Source of the DNA: Deltaproteobacteria bacterium
Lineage (GTDB): Bacteria; Desulfobacterota; GWC2-55-46; DRQE01
Direction: 5' to 3'
Length of the DNA stretch: 64,000 bases
Assembly (NCBI GenBank): GCA_024278765.1
Contig: JAJRSM010000034.1
Location: 12,051 to 76,050 of the forward strand
Every line of letters begins with the position of its first letter. The stretch's first letter is position 1. Positions 11,652 through 19,055 of the stretch are shown in pieces. The position numbers and the translations under genes are program-made. Below the pieces are notes generated by a model. It made no database searches, was not told where the DNA came from, and saw nothing but the letters and a program-made list of their open reading frames with translations.

Positions 11652-11756
11652 TCTTTACTGCTCTTTATCTATTTGTTTATATTACGATTTTATAGCTACG
11701 AGCGGCAATGTGCGAGCTTGTGCTAATTAAATAAAATTAAAAAATAAAGGTGGACT

Positions 11757-12251
11757 ATGAAGGTTAAGGGAAGTGTTTGGAAGTTTGGAGCTGATGTTGA
11801 TACCGATAGGATAATTCCTGCCAGGTACTTAAATACCTCTGACCCAAAGGAGTTGGCAAAGTGTTGTATGGAGGATGCCGACCCTGAATTCAGCAAGCAT
11901 GTCGAAAAGGGAGACATCATAATGGCCGATAAAAACTTCGGTTGCGGGTCTTCGCGCGAGCATGCGCCTATATCAATAAAGGCCAGCGGCGTTTCGTGTG
12001 TTATTGCAAAAAGCTTTGCCCGTATCTTTTACAGGAATTCTTTTAATATGGGGCTGCCTATCCTTGAATGCGCCGAGGCCGTTGACGGAACAAAGGCCGG
12101 AGACAAAGTAGAGGTTGACATGGGCAAGGGAGAGGTATATAACATAACTCGAAAGAAGACTTATCAGGCACGCCCAGTGCCACCCTTTATGCAGGAACTG
12201 GTAGGGGCCGGAGGCCTTATGAAATGGATAAAAAAAAGGGGGAAGGTATGA
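11757..12251 (+). CDS. leuD: 3-isopropylmalate dehydratase small subunit
   Basis: 164 aa; 'GSVWKFGADVDTDRIIPARYL' and 'NFGCGSSREHAP' aconitase swivel-domain motifs. Confidence 0.95.
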   Translation: MKVKGSVWKFGADVDTDRIIPARYLNTSDPKELAKCCMEDADPEFSKHVEKGDIIMADKNFGCGSSREHAPISIKASGVSCVIAKSFARIFYRNSFNMGLPILECAEAVDGTKAGDKVEVDMGKGEVYNITRKKTYQARPVPPFMQELVGAGGLMKWIKKRGKV

Positions 12252-12523
12252 GAAAGGAGAACGCTAAAAGCACTATTCTTTACACTGACAAGCTCCATAT
12301 TGAGAGCAAGACTCTTTTTCTTGATCTAAAGGAAAATGCCGGCGGTAAGTTTCTCCAGATAGCTGAGCTATCGAATGCAAGAAGAAGTACGGTCGTTATA
12401 CCCTTAAGCGGCTTTAATGAATTTATGCAGACCTTGCAGAAGATGTCTATTGAGCATCGCATCAGCGAGGGTGAGTTAGACGAAAAAGAGATCAGTGGAG
12501 AGGGAATCCTTGAAGAAGTATAA
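12248..12523 (+). CDS. PUR-alpha-like single-repeat nucleic-acid-binding protein (DUF3276 family)
   Basis: '[29 protein letters not shown]...[19 protein letters not shown]' fits the PUR-repeat pattern (Bpur/DUF3276). The ATG at 12248 overlaps the leuD stop as ATGA and follows an AGGGGGAAGG RBS. The ORF track starts at 12224. Confidence 0.55.
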   Translation: MRKENAKSTILYTDKLHIESKTLFLDLKENAGGKFLQIAELSNARRSTVVIPLSGFNEFMQTLQKMSIEHRISEGELDEKEISGEGILEEV

Positions 12524-13604
12524 CATACTGGCCCTGCCCGGAGACGGAATAGGCCCTGAAATAGTCAATGAAGCACTTAGAGTATTAGGTAAGGTCGCAG
12601 CACGGTTTGATGCAGAGTTTACGGTAAATGCGGCACTTGTTGGCGGAGCATCGATTGATCAGAGCGGCATGCCGCTTATGCCCGAGGTTTTAGCGGCGGC
12701 AATAGACGCGGATGCCGTCTTGCTCGGTGCCGTAGGTGGGCCGAAGTGGGAGGCCATGGATTATTCCATCCGCCCCGAGCGTGCCCTGCTTGCTCTGCGT
12801 AAAGAGCTTGGCCTTTTTGTGAACCTGCGCCCGGCAAAGGTCTACGGTCCGCTCATTGATTCCTCTACGCTTAAGCGTGAGGTCATCGAGGGCGTTGATA
12901 TAATGGTTCTGCGTGAACTTACCGGAGGTATCTATTTTGGTGAGCCCAGAGGCGTTGAGACGCTCCCAGACGGCACGGAACGGGGAATTAATACGTATGT
13001 CTATACAACACCAGAGATCGAGCGTATAGCGCGTGCAGCCTTTGAGGTAGCGATGAAACGTGGTAAGCGTCTTACCAGCATCGACAAGGCAAATGTCCTG
13101 GAGGCGACCGAGCTCTGGCGTAAAGTCGTCATTGAGGTCGGCAAAGATTATCCCGAGGTCGAGCTTAGCCATATGTATGTCGATAACTGTGCTATGCAGC
13201 TTGTGAGGAATCCGGGGCAGTTTGATGTCTTGGTGACCGGCAATATGTTCGGCGATATTATATCAGATGAGGCAGCGATGCTTACCGGTTCTATCGGTAT
13301 GTTGCCGTCTGCGAGCCTAAGTGCTGGTAATAAGCATGCAATGTATGAGCCGATCCACGGCAGCGCACCTGATATAGCAGGGCAGGGGATAGCTAATCCG
13401 CTTGCGACGATCCTGTCTGTCGCGATGATGCTCAGATATTCCTTTAATATGGAAGATGCTGCGGTATGGCTGGAGAGTGCCGTCGATGACGTCCTTGATA
13501 AGGGTTACAGAACCCCTGATATCTTTACCGAAGGCATGCGTAAGGTCAATTGCACCGAGATGGGCGATGCCGTCCTTGCGGAGCTTGAGGCATTGGTTAG
13601 TTAA
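12495..13604 (+). CDS. leuB: 3-isopropylmalate dehydrogenase
   Basis: 369 aa; '[14 protein letters not shown]' and the '[26 protein letters not shown]' IDH/IMDH signature. Confidence 0.95.
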   Translation: MERESLKKYNILALPGDGIGPEIVNEALRVLGKVAARFDAEFTVNAALVGGASIDQSGMPLMPEVLAAAIDADAVLLGAVGGPKWEAMDYSIRPERALLALRKELGLFVNLRPAKVYGPLIDSSTLKREVIEGVDIMVLRELTGGIYFGEPRGVETLPDGTERGINTYVYTTPEIERIARAAFEVAMKRGKRLTSIDKANVLEATELWRKVVIEVGKDYPEVELSHMYVDNCAMQLVRNPGQFDVLVTGNMFGDIISDEAAMLTGSIGMLPSASLSAGNKHAMYEPIHGSAPDIAGQGIANPLATILSVAMMLRYSFNMEDAAVWLESAVDDVLDKGYRTPDIFTEGMRKVNCTEMGDAVLAELEALVS

Positions 13605-13635
13605 GTCTTAGATTTTTATATCTGAATTGTTTGAA

Positions 13636-13670
13636 GCCCCCCTAAACGGTGTTTAGGGGGGCTTTTTTTT
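13636..13670. terminator. Rho-independent terminator, bidirectional (12-bp perfect stem GCCCCCCTAAAC/GTTTAGGGGGGC followed by T8)
   Basis: Read directly. Lies downstream of leuB on + and of the minus-strand accessory operon. Confidence 0.8.
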
Positions 13671-13698
13671 GCTTAGGAAGGAGAACTCGTTTTAAATG

Positions 13699-13884
13699 TT
13701 ATAATTTTTCAGGATCAAATCTTTTGCTAAATTCACCCCTTATATCTTCGAAACGTGTAAAGCCTTCTTCTTCCATATGTTGTGCAAAATCAATGCTTCG
13801 CTCAGTGCCGCAAATTGCAGACCAATAATACTTTACCTTACCAAGAGCATCTCTACCAAGAGCATCTCTTTTATTCAGCCGCAT
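13699..13884 (-). CDS. Hypothetical small protein (61 aa); in frame with a 34-aa ORF upstream (13894..13995) across a single TAA
   Basis: ORF with an AAGGAG upstream at sub-optimal spacing. Contains a 15-bp tandem duplication (TACCAAGAGCATCTC x2), seen as DALGRDALG in the protein. No family recognised. Confidence 0.3.
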   Translation of the reverse strand: MRLNKRDALGRDALGKVKYYWSAICGTERSIDFAQHMEEEGFTRFEDIRGEFSKRFDPEKL

Positions 13885-14028
13885 AATAGTTTATCTGACT
13901 CCTTGCTTTAAATTATTAGCAGTATTTGGAGACCTTAAAATCGGCTCAAAGACATTCTTATTAAGAAAAAACATTATCTCTTCATCTTTTGTCATGGTTA
14001 ACTACTATTTAGTTAATGGTTGATTTTA

Positions 14029-14280
14029 TTAAACTGCTCTTTCTTCAGGGTATACATAGACAGGGACAGTAACGGTTTTCTCTGCCTCTTCCTTTGTTAG
14101 TATCTTATGTTCGATTTCTTTTGATACTTCTGCAATCAGATATTTTTCACCACATTGTTGGCATACCCCTGCAGGTACGTCTTGGAATATGTATAATTGT
14201 TCTTTGTAGCGGTAGTCCAGCTCGACTTTTTCCGGGCTTACTTGACCTCCGCACTGTGAACAGTCTCCGTATTTATGCAT
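14029..14280 (-). CDS. YgiT-type zinc-finger protein (MqsA-like N-terminal domain), putative antitoxin
   Basis: 83 aa with two CxxC pairs ('CSQCGG...CQQCGE'), matching the YgiT-type zinc-finger family (N-terminal zinc-ribbon domain of MqsA antitoxins). Starts 6 bp downstream of the DUF4258 gene. Confidence 0.6.
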   Translation of the reverse strand: MHKYGDCSQCGGQVSPEKVELDYRYKEQLYIFQDVPAGVCQQCGEKYLIAEVSKEIEHKILTKEEAEKTVTVPVYVYPEERAV

Positions 14281-14285
14281 TTTAT

Positions 14286-14597
14286 TTACTCCTTTTCGGT
14301 TCTCGTTCTGTCGTTAGTCCATTTCGGTTTTTTTGGTAAATAGACCGTTAGTATCCGAATCCACTGGTTAGTCGAATATCCACATACTATGTGTATGGGT
14401 TTATTGTCAGAATAGCCTAAGATCAGACAGCTTTTTCCTCTTTGGTCATTAGGATAGTTCTCTAATATTTCGCCGTTTAAAATAGCTCTTTCCAAATCCT
14501 CTATTGTTATATCTTCTGCGTATCTTTCTTTTTCGCCGTGGAGGCTAATCTCATATTTGTTGGTTTGTATCTTTAATTTAATCTCTGCCATCTCCAT
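14286..14597 (-). CDS. DUF4258-family protein, putative toxin partner of the YgiT-type antitoxin
   Basis: 103 aa; the size and the 'SCLILGYSDNKPIHIVCGY' core resemble DUF4258 proteins, which are usually encoded immediately upstream of YgiT zinc-finger genes. Confidence 0.5.
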   Translation of the reverse strand: MEMAEIKLKIQTNKYEISLHGEKERYAEDITIEDLERAILNGEILENYPNDQRGKSCLILGYSDNKPIHIVCGYSTNQWIRILTVYLPKKPKWTNDRTRTEKE

Positions 14598-14641
14598 CTT
14601 AAGTTTATATCATATTTCTTGGATTTTAACAATATAGCAAG

Positions 14642-16933
14642 CTACCTCCCCAGCCATCTCTTCAGCACCATAATCGCCGTTCTTTTATCCAGCGGTTCGT
14701 TGTTGTTACCGCAGTGGGGGTCCTGGGTGCACGACGGACACGAGACCACGCAGGGGCAGTCCTCCATAAGTTCTAATGTCGCCTCAAACCAATGTTCGAC
14801 CATATCAAAGCCACGCCCTGTCAGGCCTATACCACCCTCAACGCCGTCGTAGATAAAGATCGCCGGCTGCTCTAGGTCAGGATTAATCGGGAAGTAACTG
14901 ACCCCTCCCAGATCATTGCGGTCACAGATGGCAAAGAGCGGCAGGGCTGCGATCTGAGCGTGTTCAAGGGCGTGCATGCCTCCTGCGCCGTCGTAGCCGA
15001 GCTCTTTGGCCTCAAGCAGTATATCTTCACCGACCGTCATCCAGACGCCCTTTGTCGTAAAGACATGCGGCGGCAGGTCCAGATAGATCTCGTCTATAAC
15101 CTTCCTTGTATTTATATCTTTTTTCATATAACCCAACACAGTCTCGGTCGTCCTTAGCGTACCTCGGCTTATAACAAGGCCGCCAGAGCCAACTGATTTT
15201 TCGCTGTCGATAGACAGAATCTCGGTATCCTCGTCACTAAGCGGGGTTGTGTAGTAATTCAGATCGACCTCCTGGCAGAAGACCTCTTTATCGCCCAGAT
15301 GCAGGCCCGTTACCTTATACTGCGAGCCACGGTGCAGGTAGATCGCACCCGGGTGCAGCTCTCGCAGGACACGCGTAGAGTCGGCCTCACCGAGCAGCGT
15401 CTTATCGTCTGCGATTATCCTGAAGGCACTTCCCGTGCCTCTAATCGATACGCCGTTATGTGGACGGCGACTGCGAGTTATCCATGTTTTTTTAACCGGC
15501 AGATACAGAACCCTTTTATCGCGCGTGAGTGTTTTTAGTGCCGGCTCTATATCTTCCCGATCAAAGACCTCTTCGGTGCTCTCCATCGGAACCTCGCTAA
15601 AGGCGCAAGGCAGGTGTGCTTCCAGTATTGGCAGGTTTGCTGTATCCAAAGTTGCGGCCTCTACGTTACGTCTGAAAAAATCAGTCGGATGGCGCATAAA
15701 GTATTTATCTAGTGCGTCTTCTATGGCGATCATTATAATAAGGGACTCTCGTCCTTTTCGTCCGACGCGTCCGGCGCGTTGCCATGTAGAGCTTATAGTC
15801 CCGGGATAACCGATCAGTATGCATACGTCAAGGCCGCCGATATCAACGCCTAATTCCAGTGCGCTCGTTGTGATCACTCCGTGCAGTTCGCCGCTGAAGA
15901 GTCGCGCCTCGATCTCTCGGCGTTCTTCGGGCAGGAAGCCCGAGCGGTAAGAGCTTACTACTTGGGTAAGTTCAGGGCGGCCCTGCGAGACCCACCGATA
16001 TATAAGTTCTGTAATTTTACGAGACTTTGTAAAGGCAATCGTCTTAAAACCCTGTTCGACCGACTCGCAGAAGAGTTTTGTCGCAACCGAGTAGGGGCTC
16101 TGGCCTTCTTCCGGGTCAATGAAGATAAAGTTGCGTTTACCCTGCGGTGCGCCGGACTCGGTTATGGCCTGAAACGGCAGGCCTGTGAGACGCTCTGCGA
16201 GTTCTATTGGATTTGCTATAGTCGCTGAGCAGGTTATGAACTGCGGGTCTGCATCGTAAACGGCTGCGATTCTGCGAAGTCTTCTGATAAGTTGCGCTAC
16301 GTGCGAGCCAAGCACACCACGGTATGTGTGGAGTTCGTCTAATACGATATACTTCAGACCTTTGAAAAACTCCGCCCAGTTCTGATGAAAGGCGCAGATG
16401 CCGAGATGGAGCATATCAGGGTTTGTTAGTAGGATGTTCGGTGGCTTCTCACGAATCTTTTTGCGCTTATAATCGGTCGTATCACCGTCGTATATAGCCG
16501 CGATATTTTTATGGTCAATCCCTTCTATTGATTTGGTGAATTCATTGATACCCTTTAGCTGGTCCTGCGTAAGGCTCTTGAGCGGAAAGATATATAGAGC
16601 GTGTGCCTCAGGGTCATTCAAGACCGCCTCAACAACAGGGATGTTATAGATCAGGCTCTTACCACTTGCCGTCGGGGTCATTACAACGACGTTCCTGCCT
16701 TCTCTGATCAGGTTTATAGCATCGGTCTGATGAGAGTAGAGTTTTTCGCGGTCAATGGCCGCAAGGTTTTGCTGGAGTGCATCCGGCAGGGGTTTTTTAA
16801 GCGCACCGTATACGGGGGCTATAGCTCGCAGTTCTTCGTGATGAACGAGCTGGCGCAGGTCTTTACGGGTCTTGAGTTCTTTAATTAGAGTTGATATATC
16901 TTTTTTCATAGCGTCAATGTATGGAAAGCTCAT
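14642..16933 (-). CDS. MrfA/YprA-like superfamily-2 DEAH helicase with C-terminal DUF1998 zinc-binding domain
   Basis: 763 aa; Walker A 'TPTASGKS', 'DELH' motif II, 'SAT' motif III, HELICc; the C-terminus 'CPCVVSCPSCTQDPHCGNN' is the four-Cys DUF1998 signature. Confidence 0.8.
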   Translation of the reverse strand: MSFPYIDAMKKDISTLIKELKTRKDLRQLVHHEELRAIAPVYGALKKPLPDALQQNLAAIDREKLYSHQTDAINLIREGRNVVVMTPTASGKSLIYNIPVVEAVLNDPEAHALYIFPLKSLTQDQLKGINEFTKSIEGIDHKNIAAIYDGDTTDYKRKKIREKPPNILLTNPDMLHLGICAFHQNWAEFFKGLKYIVLDELHTYRGVLGSHVAQLIRRLRRIAAVYDADPQFITCSATIANPIELAERLTGLPFQAITESGAPQGKRNFIFIDPEEGQSPYSVATKLFCESVEQGFKTIAFTKSRKITELIYRWVSQGRPELTQVVSSYRSGFLPEERREIEARLFSGELHGVITTSALELGVDIGGLDVCILIGYPGTISSTWQRAGRVGRKGRESLIIMIAIEDALDKYFMRHPTDFFRRNVEAATLDTANLPILEAHLPCAFSEVPMESTEEVFDREDIEPALKTLTRDKRVLYLPVKKTWITRSRRPHNGVSIRGTGSAFRIIADDKTLLGEADSTRVLRELHPGAIYLHRGSQYKVTGLHLGDKEVFCQEVDLNYYTTPLSDEDTEILSIDSEKSVGSGGLVISRGTLRTTETVLGYMKKDINTRKVIDEIYLDLPPHVFTTKGVWMTVGEDILLEAKELGYDGAGGMHALEHAQIAALPLFAICDRNDLGGVSYFPINPDLEQPAIFIYDGVEGGIGLTGRGFDMVEHWFEATLELMEDCPCVVSCPSCTQDPHCGNNNEPLDKRTAIMVLKRWLGR

Positions 16934-17061
16934 GCGGCTGGATACTGCGAAAGTAAGTCTGTGTGGCTATTTAGAAGGCCTTTAAAGGATAGCCTATGGA
17001 GCAATATGAATAGTATAAGTTCTTGTTACGTAAAGATTATTTATATCATCTTGCATTTGGT

Positions 17062-17090
17062 TTGACAAGTTTGATTTGAGAGGGTAAGAT
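17062..17090 (+). promoter_or_regulatory. Sigma70-like promoter (TTGACA-17-TAAGAT) upstream of the zinc-ribbon ORF
   Basis: -35 TTGACA at 17062-17067, a 17-nt spacer, -10 TAAGAT at 17085-17090. An AAGGGGAAG RBS precedes the ATG at 17140. Confidence 0.4.
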
Positions 17091-17139
17091 TATTAAGATT
17101 AACGGGAACGGAAAATTATCAAGGGGAAGATGAATTTAG

Positions 17140-17448
17140 ATGACGATCTTTAGATGCCAGAGTTGTAGAAGAGAATTGCCGCGTGAAGGCATAAAATACG
17201 TTGTAGAGGTCAGGAGTTTTGCTGATTTTGACGGCTATCTGGAAGAATATCCAGGTGATATTGATGATGGTTTAGAGGAACTTCTGGATGCAATGGAGAA
17301 TATAGATCCATGCACGATGGAGGACGATGTCTATATGGAGCATACCTATATCGTATGTAAGTCTTGTAGAGACCGCTTTGCAAGAGATCCTTTTCATACA
17401 GAGACCTTTGCCGAGGCAGAAGAGATCGCCAAGGGAACACTGCATTAA
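17140..17448 (+). CDS. Hypothetical acidic zinc-ribbon protein
   Basis: 102 aa with 'CQSC' near the N-terminus and 'CKSC' near the C-terminus. Has its own promoter and RBS and is followed by a strong terminator. No family recognised. Confidence 0.5.
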   Translation: MTIFRCQSCRRELPREGIKYVVEVRSFADFDGYLEEYPGDIDDGLEELLDAMENIDPCTMEDDVYMEHTYIVCKSCRDRFARDPFHTETFAEAEEIAKGTLH

Positions 17449-17478
17449 TCAAAGCTCTTATGTCAAGCAATGACCAAA

Positions 17479-17505
17479 GGGAGTCGCATAGCGACTCCCT
17501 TTTTT
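17479..17505 (+). terminator. Rho-independent terminator (GGGAGTCGC-ata-GCGACTCCC followed by T6)
   Basis: Perfect 9-bp stem and a U-tract, directly after the zinc-ribbon ORF. Confidence 0.8.
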
Positions 17506-18228
17506 GTGGTTTGCTGCGCACGGTAAAGAACAACCTAACATGTCACCCTGAACTTGATTCAGGGTCTGTATTTGTTTTTGCGCAAGGTGATAAAGCAAGA
17601 ACAGATGCTGAACTAAATTCAGCATGACAAATAGGGTGTTTAGTTATAATCGTTGCTGATAACTATCTGGCGATTTTGCGACAAAGGTGCTTTGCTCTGC
17701 GCAGGAGTTTGCCCCACCGCAGGTGGTGCTGCGCACGGTAAAGAACAACCTAAGATGCCACCCTGAACTTGATTCAGGGTCTGTATTTGTTTTTGCGTAA
17801 GGTGATAAAGCAAGAACAGATGCTGAACTAAATTCAGCATGACAAATATGGTATTTAGTTGTAATCGTTGCTGATAACTATCTGCTGATTTTGCGACGAA
17901 GGTGCTTTGCTCTGCGCAGAAGTTTGCCCTACCGCAGGTCGGCTTCCCCTAGGTGGGCGTTTGTAAGGTCGGCAAAGTGTTTTAAGATGGTTCGGAAAGG
18001 CGCGTAGCAGGGTGTGACCCAATGAATTTGTCCCACCGCAGGAGTTTGCCCCACCGCAGGTGGTGCTGCGCACGGCAAATTAATCAATATGATTAATTAC
18101 TACGCGTTGCACGGAACTTTCTGATGCGCTTCGCTCACCGCAGGTGCGCAAAGTAAATGCATTAACCAGGTTTTGTCTTTGCGGCGAAGCCGCTTTGCTC
18201 TCCGCAGGAGTGCCGCCCCGCATGGGGC
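17506..18228. repeat. Complex non-coding repeat locus. A ~215-bp unit is tandemly duplicated (17513-17727, 17728-17942), with a third partial copy from about 18065. Each unit carries hairpins CCCTGAA-cttga-TTCAGGG and ATGCTGAA-ctaaa-TTCAGCAT and multiple CACCGCAGGTG motifs.
   Basis: Read directly. Units are more than 95% identical. Minus-strand ORFs 17640..17840 and 17855..18073 are near-identical repeat artefacts. The locus lies between convergent genes. Confidence 0.75.
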
Positions 18229-19002
18229 TTATTTGCCGAGCGGTAGGCGTTTTGCATTTATATCGGGCAGGCCGGCGGCTATGATTTTTTCTGCTGTTGT
18301 TTTGAAATCATAGCCGACCAGGTGGAATTCTATTTCATATGTTGCGGAGTTAAAGGTAAGAAAGCCTGCCCTTGGATCTCCGTCTCGTGGCTGCCCTACA
18401 GAGCCCGGATTTATGAGGTATAGCTTGTCTTTTTCGATCTTGATTTTTTCTTTGTGAGGTGTTGGCAACTCTTTGATTGTATCTTCGATATGGTCAAGGG
18501 TTGAGTCTCCTGTCGGGGTTAAAGAGTATATACTCCTTCTGTGTGTATGCCCCAGAAATGCCAGAGGCAGGGTGCGGGCATCCAGCATTAGCTTGAAGGC
18601 AGCGGCTGCTGCGTATTTTGAACTTATATATTTATTTGTTATATCTTTTGGTGAGTGTAAGGCTATGAAGAGGTTGTCAACTGCGATCTCTGGTGGAAGA
18701 TCTTGTAGGAAGTCTTTATTTTCTTTTGTTAGTCTTTCCCTAGTCCATAGGATGGATTTTTCTGCTGGCTCGTTAAGGTTGTAAGGATCAGTCGTTGATA
18801 CCGCCTCTTCGTCGTGGTTGCTGGCTATGGCGGTTATCGCCAGGTCTTTTATCAGGGCCACGCACTCGTTCGGGTCAGCATTGTAGCCGACTATATCGCC
18901 GAGACTTACAATGCGGTCTACTTCCAGCTCACTGACGTGGTTAAGCACGGCGTGTAGGGCCGCAATGTTTGAGTGTATGTCTATGAGCACTGCGTAGCGC
19001 AT
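18229..19002 (-). CDS. Metallophosphoesterase (calcineurin-like, YfcE/MJ0936-type)
   Basis: 257 aa; 'DIHSNIAALHAV', 'GDIVGYNADP' and 'GHTHRR' are the metal-ligand motifs of the calcineurin-like phosphoesterase fold. Confidence 0.75.
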   Translation of the reverse strand: MRYAVLIDIHSNIAALHAVLNHVSELEVDRIVSLGDIVGYNADPNECVALIKDLAITAIASNHDEEAVSTTDPYNLNEPAEKSILWTRERLTKENKDFLQDLPPEIAVDNLFIALHSPKDITNKYISSKYAAAAAFKLMLDARTLPLAFLGHTHRRSIYSLTPTGDSTLDHIEDTIKELPTPHKEKIKIEKDKLYLINPGSVGQPRDGDPRAGFLTFNSATYEIEFHLVGYDFKTTAEKIIAAGLPDINAKRLPLGK

Positions 19003-19055
19003 AGTGTGCCTCTATATCTTTTGTTGTGGGAAGGCTGAGAGCCTTGAGTGTGAGC

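Noticed and set aside
17640-18073. ORF-track proteins 17640..17840(-), 17855..18073(-), 48209..48439(+), 48307..48534(+)
   Set aside because: They lie entirely within tandem repeat units and their near-identical peptide sequences are a consequence of the DNA repeats. They have no RBS.
17506-18228. Possible CRISPR array in the repeat field (and at 48203-48496)
   Set aside because: The repeat units are 98-215 bp, nearly identical and directly abutting. There are no short 28-37-bp repeats alternating with unique spacers, and no cas genes.
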